Source: Anthoceros angustus (taxonomy: Eukaryota > Plantae > Anthocerotophyta). Taken from it: a stretch of 64,000 bases of DNA. The notes under the pieces were generated by a model. That model had not been told where the DNA came from and did not search any database. It saw nothing but the letters and a program-made list of their open reading frames with translations. Of the stretch, positions 23,642 through 35,400 are shown one piece after another (position 1 is the stretch's first letter; the number at the start of each line of letters is the position of its first letter). The stretch is from the NCBI GenBank assembly GCA_010909165.1, contig MU008172.1:558001-622000 (forward strand), given 5' to 3'. The position numbers and the translations under genes were made by a program.

Positions 23642-23835
23642 CCTCAAGCTTGCACTATATAAGGATGTCAACAGCCCTAAATAATAACTTCCTCAACCTT
23701 GCATTATATAAGGGTGCCCATATCCCTGTATAATCACTTCCTCAAGTTTGCATTGTACATATAAGGGTGTTCACAGTCCTAATTAGTCACTTCTTAAAAT
23801 TGGTTGCTATCCACGGTAGCCCTAAATGATCACTT
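23642..23835 (+). promoter_or_regulatory. Three to four ~49-bp tandem repeats, each with a TATA-like TATAAG, upstream of MADS copy 1
   Basis: cctcaagcttgcactatataagg.. / cctcaaccttgcattatataagg.. / cctcaagtttgcattgtacatataagg.. Confidence 0.65.
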
Positions 23836-23948
23836 CTTATTCTTAGGCGATCGTAAAATACTAGTTAATCATTTTGGAAAAACTCTGAAACTAGGTTGGA
23901 GATTTTCAATCCCGTAATATGTATCTTTCTCTTTGAACAGCAAGAGCA

Positions 23949-24836
23949 ATGGGGAAAAGAAAAATAGATGCTACAAAACTGGTGGAAGACAGTTCTGCAA
24001 GAACTGTAGCATTTTCCAAAAGAAAACAAGGCTTCTTTAAGAAAGCGGCTGAATTGTGTACTCAGTGCAATTTGGAAATGGGTGTTATCATTTTTTCGGA
24101 ACACAACAACGTGTATACATATGCTCACCCGGACATGGATTATGTTATTCAGAAGTATTATGAATCTGAGAATAATATTGATAATAATTATGGCTGTGAG
24201 GTTGACCCAGAAAATGTAAAAGCGATGGAAGGGACGATGCATCAATTGAATTCTGAATACCAGGAAATAAAAAAATTCTCTAGCTATGAGCTAAAGAAAC
24301 ATGAGTTTTATGAAGATATCAATAGACAACATTCGAGCATGAAGGATCGCGTGAATAATTTTTGCACAGCAAATACGAAGTATTTATCAATTAATCAATT
24401 GAAAGAAGGGATTGTTGAAATGGATGAACTTATAAGGGAATTACAATCAAAACAAGTTGAGATGGCAGCTTGGGATGTAGAAACATCAATGACAGATGCA
24501 ACTACGCAGGAAAGTGCAACTCTTGCAAAAAACGCACTCGCCTGCGAGGGAACATACAATTATGAAGCACACTCTGCATTCCGCTGCCAAGGAACATACA
24601 ATTATGAAGCACATTGTGCGTTCCCCTGCCAAGGAACATCCAACTATGAAGCACAAAATGTACAGTCGGGCCCCGTCCAAGGAACATCCAATTATGAAGC
24701 ACGAAATGCACAGTCGATCCCCTTCCAAAGAGCATCCAATTGTGAAGCACAAAATGCACAACCGGTCCCCTTCCAAGGAACATCTAATTATGAAGCACAA
24801 AATTCACGGGTCCCTCCAAGGAATTTACAATTATGA
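23949..24836 (+). CDS. Type I (M-alpha-like) MADS-box transcription factor, intronless, 295 aa, with C-terminal 14/16-aa repeats
   Basis: MGKRKID..ARTVAFSKRKQGFFKKAAELCTQC..GVIIFSE..VYTYAHP SRF-type domain; no K-box exons; single exon. Confidence 0.92.
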   Translation: MGKRKIDATKLVEDSSARTVAFSKRKQGFFKKAAELCTQCNLEMGVIIFSEHNNVYTYAHPDMDYVIQKYYESENNIDNNYGCEVDPENVKAMEGTMHQLNSEYQEIKKFSSYELKKHEFYEDINRQHSSMKDRVNNFCTANTKYLSINQLKEGIVEMDELIRELQSKQVEMAAWDVETSMTDATTQESATLAKNALACEGTYNYEAHSAFRCQGTYNYEAHCAFPCQGTSNYEAQNVQSGPVQGTSNYEARNAQSIPFQRASNCEAQNAQPVPFQGTSNYEAQNSRVPPRNLQL

Positions 24837-24968
24837 AGCATTAAATTCACATAATGAGCCAAACAATACAAAGTTTAGCTACATGACTTATCTAGAAATG
24901 ATGTAGCAAATTCAAGCTCATTACAAAATTACTCTAGTTCATATGAACTAGAAAACTTTTGAACTTTA

Positions 24969-25117
24969 TTTTAATATTTTAATATTTTAATATTTTAATA
25001 TTTTAATATTTTAATATTTTAATATTTTAATATTTTAATATTTATTTTAATATTTTAATATTTTAATATTTTAATATTTTAATATTTTAATATTTTAATA
25101 TTTTAATATTTTAATAT
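24969..25117. repeat. (TTTTAATA)~18 octamer array
   Basis: Read directly; the paralogous site at about 60095 has only 2 units. Confidence 0.95.
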
Positions 25118-25740
25118 GTGATCTTCCGTTTATTAAAAAGCGGGGGTCTCCTCTTGTAAGAGCCCTACGGGGTATGGACCCTATGGTGCTCATTTTGAAA
25201 TATAACCTTTTCATTCCCCTTAATTAGCTTAACCCCATAAGGCTCAACTCACTCAAATCCAGCTTTTGGACCCATTTTTTTTTATATTGTAGACAATGTT
25301 TGTATATACTAGTTCATATTGAGGTTTTCTTTTATATCAAATTATGCCTCTATGTTGTAAAATATAATTGAAAAATTTTGACCAATATATTCAGTCGAAA
25401 CGTAAAAGACTCTGTAAATAAAGCTCACAAATCCTTCAAGAAATAGGAGCCATTACTAATTGGGTACTCACATCATGGTCCATTTTTTTTGGTGCATTAC
25501 AAAGGCTTTTACTTATGTGGTTTATATTTTGAGAAAAGAATTTTAGAAATAGTATTACACCCCTCTATAGTCAACTATTTGTTTATGTTGCCCACAGCAA
25601 TATTGCAACATGACTGTAACATGGAGCCTCCTCTCTCTACTCTCACCCTGCCCTCTTCATTACATCCCTCTATTAACAACTATGAATTTGTTTATGTTGC
25701 TCACACCCGAATTGCAACATCATTGTAACATGGCTAATCT

Positions 25741-26260
25741 TGTTAGGAGAGTGATTAAATGCACGATCATTGCTAAGTATGAAAGGTGCACATAAAAGAC
25801 ACAGCTCTATGCACTGGGACTAGACAGTTGGCGCAGGTTCTTAAAGTTTTGGAAGAAGAACAGTTTATCTAGAAGATGTTTTGGAAGAAGAGCAGTTATT
25901 TAGAAGCTTAAGGACGATTCACACAGAGCTTAAGGGCTAACGTGGACATTTAAAAGCAATTGAGATCACACTATACATGTTGCCTTGCGCGCTTAGCTAG
26001 GCATTCTTTTGATAGTTCGCGCGCTTGGAGCTTTGTGTGTGTAGATTTTGTAACTCGCCGATCCCTTGGTTTTATAAATTGAACATAAAACTAAAAAGTG
26101 AACTAAGTAATTGAATCATGTGAATTATGTTGCATTCCTGTGTGTTTGTGTGATGTTTGTATCAAAACAAATCATAGGAGTGTGTTTAGAATATAGCTAG
26201 ATCAGCAAAGGACCTCGTTTTCACGATCAAAAGAATCTGCTTTGCTATGATGAACTAACA
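25741..26260. mobile_element. Probable ~520-bp LTR (TGTTAG...CTAACA)
   Basis: 6-bp inverted termini; no TSD or partner LTR found. Confidence 0.4.
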
Positions 26261-26389
26261 TGTTACAACGCGTACAGTTGAGGGACAGTCTTGTGGAAAT
26301 TGGACATTTTTTTAGTGCATCAGGTAGCGTACTTATACATGATCATGTGAGGAAGCCAAAGGTACATCACAGGTTTAACCTTCGTCTTA

Positions 26390-27100
26390 GTGTTTACAGG
26401 CTAGTGTGGCGCAACCTTGTTGCGACCCCGGCACCGGGCACCGCACTAATCCCGTGTCGTTGCAGTAAGGGGTTCGTTCCCAAGGGAATGATTTGTTCCG
26501 TTTTGCACGTTCGTGGCCTGATTCTCACCCCGTCGTTGGGAAGGGTTTCTATCCAAGACCCCAACGCGATCGCCTTCACTTGGTGAAGGATGGTACTTTC
26601 AAGCTCGAGTTCGGAGGCGGTCCTCAATCACATTGCTCTGTTGGCGTGGTTGCAGGAAGTCGTCCGTGACACGGCCTCCCTATGTCTTCTGCGCCGTGAT
26701 GCGGCTTCTTTGTGACTCATGCAATGGCAACCCAAGCTCCTGGATTCTCCGTCAGTTTACGGTTCCCTACACTTCTCGAGAATGGGGTTACGAAAAGGCC
26801 AGCATGCCGATCGCCATGGCCCGCCCTATGCTAGCCCACGCTCAGCTCCCCAAACCCTTGCAGGGGCGGGCGGTTAATCTTGCACTGCGCATCATGCGGC
26901 GAGGTTCTTTCCGTCGGCCTCGGCGGACTCCTTTGAGTCGCATGGATATAAGCCTCTTATTACTCATCTTTAGTTTTTGGCATTTGGCCATGCTAATATT
27001 CCCCTCTCGGCCGACAAGCTTTTTGCTCGGCGCTCACAGGCGTATTTGTTGGCTTAGGCGGGGACCGTAAGGCTTATAAAATGGTTGACTTGGATACCCA
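26390..27100 (-). mobile_element. 3' end of an LTR plus degenerate PBS related to family C (53.3-53.5 kb)
   Basis: Shares gggaacg..ccttact.caacgacacgggatt with about 53380-53415; minus-strand end ggggtcgcaaca followed by aggttgcgccac. Confidence 0.55.
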
Positions 27101-27249
27101 TGCTATAGTATATACTTTCAGCTTTTGATGAGGCTCGGTTAGCATGCACTTTAGTACATGTGCTCATGGATTGTGCTTTGGCTCCTTTAGGCGACTTTAC
27201 TTCTCTACCGGGTGACCTTATGCAGGTTTTGTTTGACCCTCATTTCCAT

Positions 27250-28184
27250 TTCTGGTCTGCACCTTGCTCCATTCACATTGCCCACCTCAAGTAGCTCCTA
27301 TCCCTATTGTTCCTGCTCGAGAGGGGGAAGATGAACAGGCCATTGTTGATCCTTATGAAAACAAAGAAGACTTTGGTGTTAATAAATGCAGAGGGCATTC
27401 TCTCCACCTCCTCATCATCCTTGATCCGATACGGCGAAGATATCCTTCGCGTCATTGTCAACCGAGACACCTTTGGAATGAAATCCCCTTTGATTTAGAG
27501 TTCCATCAAGCTAGCTTCACCGCCCCGTTGCAGGTCATTTCAACGCCTTCAGTGTTGTCCCTTCATAGGGAGATCCTCTCACTCTGCAAGAGGCATATTT
27601 GCGACCTGATGCAGCTAAGTGGAAGTTCATTATTGATGATGAATATAATTCTCTTATCAAAAACTATACTTGGACTCTAGTTACCTTGCCTAAAGGCAGA
27701 ACTACTGTCAAGTGCAAGTGGGTTCTCAAAACTAAATTCCATGAGGTTGAACCTCGTATTCGCTATAAAGCTAGACTAGTGGCTAAGGGTTATAATCAGA
27801 AAGAGGGAGTGGACTATCAAGGCGATAAGGTTTATTTACCTGTAGTCAAGGCTGCTTCCGTCAGAATGCTCCTGGCTTTATGTGCCGAGCTTAATCTGGA
27901 AATTTATCAGCTTGATGTTTGTGCTGCTTTCCTTTATGGTCATCTGCAAGAAGAGATCTATATGGATCAACTAGAAGACTATGAAGATGAGCTATACCCA
28001 AACAAGGTGTGTAAACTCATTCGTTCCATTTACGGACTAAAGCAAAGCCCGCGATTATGGTATGAGAGAATGGAATCTTACCTCAAGAAGAAAAAATTTA
28101 TCCAAAGTGAATCAGACACCAATATCTATTTACTCCGCAAGGACAGCTCCCTTGTGCTGGTTGCACTATATGTAGATGACTTAG
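27250..28184 (+). pseudogene. Ty1/copia pol, left part (RT up to YVDDL)
   Basis: NYTWTLVTLP..KCKWVLKTK..YKARLVAKGYNQKEGVDY..QLDVCAAFLYG..SIYGLKQSPRLWY..LYVDDL. Confidence 0.93.
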
Positions 28185-31100
28185 TGTGGAGTGATTTTCT
28201 AAACCAAGTGGTCACAAAGAGGCCACATTTACCCTCTTTATCGTTGTAGACTTGAGATTCGTACCCAAGGGAGTGATTTCGTGTCAAGACAACCAAAACA
28301 TAGCCAATCCAACCAAACACGGACACACAAACATCTAGCGATTCTGACCGACTACTATCCTAACAACACTCGGACACTGGCTATCTTAGCCACGCACTGT
28401 TGCTACCTTAGCAACAGACGCCGGTTGCTATCTTAGCAACCACCTCTATTCTAGCGGAGGGTCCACCTTGGGATCGTCGGCTATTAAAGGTAGTTGGGAT
28501 CCAAGTGGATAAGTGATCTCTCCCTCTCTCTCTCTCTTATTCATCCACAAAGTTAGATCCACCAATCGATTCTCCGCTCCTCTCCCTCACTCTTAGCATT
28601 TCTTGGACTTCCTCTCCCCCTACCTTCCAGCTCCCCAGACCTCCAGCTCTCACGGTCCTTGGGTGCCTCGCTCCCACACTCTCCAAGTTTCCCAGCTCTC
28701 TTCAACTTCTCACACCTCACCCATTCAATCTCACTTCTCTCGGCTCCTCTCCAGCCCTTACAAGGTTCTCATCCCACCTTCTCCTTCACCAACTCTCAAA
28801 ATACTTCAGCTCCCCCAATCATTCCATCTCATCCACTCAGGATCTTCAACCTCCACTCACTCTCTTCTTTTCACAAACATCACTTACACTTCTCAGTCCT
28901 TCTTACCCCTCTCACTTCAACTCTCCATATCCGGCATTCTCCTCTCTCACTTTTCCTCTTTTCCAAACACCAAACCTCCGAAAACTCAAACACAAGGTGA
29001 GTACTAGACTAGGCGGGAATGAGGAAAGGAGGCGACCTCCCGGCTTCACCCCTTTCCTTGACCTTGGGAACTCCCTCCAAGGAGACCTCAAGGCTCCCTC
29101 CCTTGCTTTCCACCACCCTTGCGGATCGGCCACACGGATCTAGGCAACAGTAGTCTTCTTGGCTCCTCCTGTGACAAAGGGCAGTGTCTAGACTTTGACC
29201 TTTGGATCTGGTACTCCCAAACCCCGTGCTCGCCCCAAACACCAAGACTTTAGGCCAACATTGCTTACATTTCATCAAGAGGTGCCTCTTATAGATACCC
29301 ACAAAGCGGCTTGCCAAAAATACCAATCGGTCTTAGCCTACCAATCCTAGAGGCCTATCTATCAATTCATCCACTATGAGAGGATAAGATTTACGATCTA
29401 TAACACATGGGCCTTTAGCTATTTGAGGCCACTTACCCCTATTACCTCTCCACAGGCCTCCTAGGCCGCCATGTTCTCCTCTTGCTCTCCTCCCTCTTGG
29501 CTGGTTGGGCAATCTCTCCCATAAAATCTCTACCTCCTCAGTGGACTCCTCTCTCTCTCTGTGCTCGCGCGCATGGTACTCCTCCTCGGTGAGCTCTTGA
29601 ATCCACATGGGTCGGTGAGAGTTTCCTCCTTAGAATCCAACCCATAGGTAGGATCCGTGCCGTCAAGGCATGGATCAAGTACCTCCATGTCCCCCTGTGC
29701 CCACAACAACATAAACTTTCGGGACAATCTTCTCTCCGGCCAAGGAGAATCCGGGCACATGGTTATCTTGATAAGCATCCCTCAATCTAATGCACCATTG
29801 GGAAGTTAGACTTCTTAGGCGGTGCTTACCCGCTCCCCCAGCTGTCCTCCTCCGTCTTTGCCCCTTCCTTGTTGCTTGGTCTTGGAGCTGTTGCTCCCTT
29901 AGCAGTGCAGGTGTTGCTTCCTTAGCGGCGGTTGCTTGTAGCAACCTCCATGTTGCCAACTCGATGATTCTTCCATGGGAGGCTCGCATCTTCCACGGTG
30001 GCTCTCCTTGCAATCCAGCCCTCTTGGCCTCTTTCCAACCTTTCCTTGCCTCGTCCCTCTCCTTCTTGGCGCCTATCCAGGTTCGGCTGAACTTGCATCG
30101 AGATGACATTCGGCTCCCCTATGGTGCTGTGCGTCAGGTGAACCATGAGGGTTTCTGATCCTTGGTCTTCTGCAACTCTTCTCGGACCTTCCTTAATTCC
30201 GCTTCCATGCTACCTGGCGTCCCTCAAGACCTCCTTCTCACCTTCATTCCACAGCTCCTTGTGCTCTCCTGTTGCTTTCCCTGCTGTAAACCTAACAAAG
30301 AGGACGAGCTATGGTCCTCCATCTCACCTAGTGCGTGCCATGAGACCAACTCTTGCGGGTGATGTTAGGCCCCAAACCTTCGGGATGGGTTCCTTCCCTG
30401 TCGCGACTCTCCCTGCGACCACTTGGGGGTATACTTGAGGTCACCTTTGAGCAGTGGTGACTTTCGGGTCGGCTAGTGCCCAAGGTTGGGCCGATTCCTG
30501 TTGACTGTGGCTTCCAGCCCGGGCTCCTGGGCGCTGCTCGGCCTTTCCTTTATCCATTCTCGGTGAGTTCCGTCGTGCTCTTGTGGCTCTAGGAGTGGTT
30601 GGAGTCCCTGCTCTCGGCCCGACCTCTCTTGGTGTGTTAGTCTTAACTCCAGTTGCTTTGTTTGCCGCATGGTGATGCCTTAGCATTCCTTTCATGGACA
30701 CTTGGACTTCTCATCTTCACTCCCGGTGCCACGGAGATGGCCTCTTCCTCGACTCCTCTTTGGGCTTCCTTCTTTCAAACACGGCCTCCGGGCATGGGCG
30801 AGACCATCTCTATCCCTCCGGAACTTGGCATGGTCAAAATGTGGATTAAGAAGGGAGATGAGGGTGGGTGATGGTAGGGTCAAGTGGTCCCTCTCCACGC
30901 ATCTTTGTGTCATAGAACATCCTAGCCCAATCTATCTTGGACCCTCTCACCACCTCATAGAAAGACAAGAAATGGTCGAATGTGCTCTAGCTTAGTGAGC
31001 TGAGCAGGATCCACTGGCTAATCCGGCCACTCGGGTCTAATTTGTTGGTGACCCAGCCATTCTCCACCCTAGACAATGTGGGAGCAATGGCGCTTGTGCC

Positions 31101-32382
31101 TCCTGACTTTTGAGAGATGGCTGAAAGGATCAATGATTATTCCACCACATTCCTCTTGGGCTCTCATAGACAGCTGGAACAAGCGAATATTCCAGTGCGG
31201 GTTGGTTCTCGTGTTGCCTTCCCGGCCTTCTCCCTCACGCATTCCAAAACCAACGTGAGCTATTGTAGCACCACTTTTTGTCCATGAAGGACAAGTGATG
31301 CTTAGCCACCAAAGACCTTTCACTCTCCGATTGCCCCATGTTGGGCCATTGGGCGATGGTAATGGCCTCAATGGTGACCGGAGTGGTTCTTAGGGGCCAT
31401 TCAGTGTCAGCTCCTGCCGACTTCCGAAATTTCCGCTTAGCTCGGCTTGTTTGGAGATCCCTAGGCACTGCTTGCTCGCTTCCAACTCACGATGGGGTGT
31501 CTGCTGATTCCTCCGCACTTGGGAATCCGGCCGTTTATTCGTTCCCTATCGACCACGACGGCTTGACCACCACCCATTGAAACCTCACTCCTTGTCATAT
31601 GCCGCTGCCGCTCAAGCTTCGCCTTCCTCTCAAATATGAGGTGGGGGTATCCTGCAACCAGTTAGGCGGTGACCCACAGTGCGCCGTCTCGCCCTTAATC
31701 CCGCGCTCCCTTAGGGTCGTGCCACCCTCTTCCTGTGCTTCCTGCGCTCCCTTCACGCCCTTCATCCACCCGCTTTGCCTCGATTTCTTGCGGTGCAGCG
31801 CGAGCTTCGCCGGGGCTCGGCCCGATTATTCCACACTTTGTTGGGCGTTCTGCGCGCCACTTGCTCCCATTGCACCGCGCCCGCTTGAGCTTCTCCTCCA
31901 CCGTTCGCGCCTCGCCTACTGTCGCCCCTCTCGGTCTCCGCATCGCCTCCCCGGACTGCCGCCATGATTTGGTCTCCTGCCTTCTGATGCGCGACTCCAT
32001 TGTGCCGCCTTGTGTCCCGCTCGCTCCGTCTCGCTTCGGCTCAGGGCTTGGTGCCTCCTCTGATTCATGCAAATTCTTCCGCTGGACTTAATTGCTATAG
32101 GACACGTTACTTCGTTGTATTTTCCATTTCAATTGGTTTTTCGGAAAATAACTCCAACTTGTTGCTTGCATAGCAGGCTCCGTCGGTTCTTTGTCGCCGG
32201 TCCAAGCTAGCCTGACAGCCGCGGAACCCTCAGGTTACATCCGGGATCGGGACTAGACTCTCTTCCTCCTACTAGGCTCTAGTAGACTTTTCTTATTTCC
32301 TAACCTACTTCACATTCCAACTCCCTTAACAACACAAAACAAAAAACACTCCTTTTAGGGCAGTACCCATGTGGTCACCACA
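28185..32382 (-). repeat. 3' LTR of family B, 4,198 bp, containing an ORF remnant (about 32068-29400)
   Basis: Colinear with 38133-42643; preceded on the minus strand by the PPT AAGGGAAGGGGAGTA. Confidence 0.92.
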
Positions 32383-32418
32383 TACTCCCCTTCCCTTCTC
32401 ATTTGTTGGCGTCCCAAC

Positions 32419-35400
32419 TTAATAATACTTCTTCGCCAACCATTGACCACAGTTGTGGCAATCCATCAAGTTTGTATGGATCCATTGTCGAACACTTACG
32501 GCACCTGAGGGACCCATCCATCTAAGATGCGACTTCGAGGAAGTGCATGTGTCATCATCACGCCAAGTCCCGGAACAACGTACTCTTGTTTTTGCACTTA
32601 GGTCATGCCATTCCTTCCTCTTCTCTTGGGCGTTACGGCTGCCAAGGCTTGTTCCTCTCCATGTGTTGAACAAAGCCTATGAGCCTCTCCAATGGCTCTC
32701 CTCCACCGTCATCCTCTTATGCTCTTGGACTCTCAACGTTGGCACTTCAAACTCAATGGGCATGGTGGTGATGCCCATAGGTGAGGTAGTAGGGAGTCAT
32801 TGTGTGGTCACCTTCTCCTGTCCTATCGCCCCTGGCGAGTGAAGCTTTGGTCCCAATCGTGTGTAGTGATGGTTAACTTGTTAAGGATCTGCAAAGCAAT
32901 CCATTAGCTTTCTCCGTGAGTCCATTCGCCTTGGGGTTGTAGGGGTGGTCTTCCTGGGCTGATGTTGAAATACTTCACCATGTGTGAGATCACCTCGTTG
33001 ATGAAATGGGTACCCTAACCAACTCCGCACCGTACCTTGTGATGATATGCTCAAACAAGAACACAGCCACCACATTTCTGTGTCCACGGGCAAGGCTTGA
33101 GCTTCCACCATGGTCTGATGGTCCGTTGCTACGAGAATATATTGGTTGGCTCCCCTTGGTCTTGGGTTGAATCGGTCCCAAGTCAATCCCCACTTCAAAG
33201 GCGCCAAGGCTAGGATAGGGACCAATGGCCCTTTGTGGTCTGGTTGGCTTCCCAACCCTTTGACATGCATCCTGGCGCTTGATGAACTCCCTAGCATCTA
33301 TGTGCAAGGTTGGCCACCAATACCACGCCTCCAGATCTTCTTACAGTCACGTTGGTAGCGTGGACCTCCTCCTCATGCAAGGAGAACCCGGTCCCCATCC
33401 TTGACCCACAACCTCTCAACTCCATCGGCCTACTCCGCTTGTCCCGCTTAACAGCAGTGCGGAGAGAACCTCTATTCTTGTTGTGTGGTCTGTTGTCCGT
33501 TGCTAAAAGCGAAAGACCTCCTCATAGGGCTGCAAACTTCTCCCTCCCTTCTCATTTGGTCTGTACCTCCGTTTCCATCAACTTGGCATTGGGCCTAGCA
33601 CTCTCCTCATCCTCCTCCGGCAAAGCTTCATCCGGAAAATGATCTTCTTGATCATGCTCCACCTTCTCCGTCTTCAAGCGGGACAAGTAGTCGGCATTCA
33701 CATGCTTCTCCCCTCACGTGTCTCCGTGAATGTGAACTCTTGTGAGATCCAACGAGCGGCCGATAGATCCGCCTTGTTGACAAGATGCTTGAGAGCAAAA
33801 TGGTCAACATGGAACACAAACTCATAGGAGAGGAGATAATGAAACTTTCTTCGAATACACCATCCCAAGGGCTTCCCTTTCGATTGTTGTGTACTTGCGC
33901 TCCATCGGTGAGTTGCCGTCCGTAGTAGATTGGGTAGTCCCTCTTCTTGTCATCCGGCTCAAGGCTACCAATGGCGGAAACATCCGTAAACATGGAACTT
34001 CTTGCTCCAATCCGGTCCCTTGAGGGTTGTTACCAACGTGGTCCTCAAATCTTGAAATCTGCCTCCCTCTTGTCGGTCCACTCTTGGTCCTTCCTCAACA
34101 AGCTGGTCGGAGCCCTCCTAGCAAAGTTAGGCACAAAACGTGAGTAGCCCACCATGCCAAGGAACCCCGGAGTTCCTTGAGAGTTGTTGGAGCTTCGGGC
34201 AACAATCATCTTCACCTTATGCGGATCAACTTGATGCCGTCTTTGAAATTACCTAACAAAATCCCTCCATGCCAAAGTAGCATTTCTCGGGATGTAGGCA
34301 AAGTTGAGTTTCACGACACCTGCCAAGCACCGCCAAGTGATCCGGTGCTCCTCCACACTCCCAAACACACAAAAATCATCTAGGAATACCTCCATGAACT
34401 TGTGGAGATACTCCTTGAAGATCTCAACCATGCTCGCATGAAGGAACCGCGCTCGTCAATCCGAGCACTCCTCTTGTGCGAAGGTCCCCAATCCGTTGTG
34501 AAAGGCTTGAGGCGGTCACTCTCCCTCAAGTGCGGTGATTGTACCCAGTGCGTCAAGAGCAGTACACACATCTTCCGACCACCAAGTCCGGGATGTTGTC
34601 GATGAATGGCGAGGAAATGGTCCTTCTTGGTTGCTTTGTTGAGCTTCCTCGTCTTGGCATACTCGAATCTTTCCAGTGCTTCTTGAACCACAGATCGAGC
34701 CACCCACTCCGTGTTGTGATTGGATAGATGGCGCCTTCAAGTACAATTCAAGCTCCTTCACCTTGATGAGTACTTTGGGTTCGGCTTGTATTGGGAATTC
34801 GCGAGTCGCTCACGGCTCCAAATCGATCCTATGCTCCCCACTTCTTGGGAATCCCTTCATATCTGTCACCTCGGCAAACACGTCGATGAACTCGGAGGCT
34901 GTTTCATTCCTTCTTCCAACGCTGGTTCCAGGTCATTGCAAACTTCAGCACCTTCGGGGCCTCCACATCCTTAATCTCGTCCTTGTACCCATTCTCGCTC
35001 CACGGTCTGAACTCTCACCAAACCCTTCCTCCGGTTCACGAGGTCCTCTTCCCTCATCCCCACTCCCTAAATAGGTCCTCGAGGTGAATCGAATGATCCT
35101 GGCTCACCCTCTTCACTGTTCTTGTTGTCCTCGATCCCTTCCTTAGCTCGTCGAGAATCATTTGTTGCTTCCTTAGCCGTCGGTGCTTCCTTAACCTCGT
35201 TAGCAGCGGTTCTGCTCTCCTCATGCGGTCCTCCATGAACCAAAGCGTCCACCAAATTGAGGAGTAAGGGATATCCCTCCTATACTCTTCCTCCTCATCG
35301 ACCATGCGATATGTGCAAAAGGAAATTTGTCCAGTTCCCCCTTCTTCCTCCAGTCGGATGTTTCTCCTGATGTGTATCCTTCCGTTCTTTGTAGGAGTCT

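Noticed and set aside
23642-24833. CRISPR-like arrays (49-bp promoter units; 42/48-bp coding units)
   Set aside because: These are whole-unit tandem repeats without unique spacers, in a eukaryotic context with no cas genes.
25138-25185. GC-rich mini-hairpin downstream of both MADS copies as an ncRNA or SINE
   Set aside because: Its conservation is explained by the gene duplication itself; no A/B boxes or tRNA fold seen.
25741-26260. 5' LTR of the copia element at 27-46 kb
   Set aside because: It does not match the sequence after the copia PPT-like site (about 46170 onward), and no tRNA-Met PBS follows it.
29400-32068. Calling the LTR ORF a true envelope protein
   Set aside because: No convincing signal peptide or transmembrane segment can be read through the frameshifts, so the function is left open.
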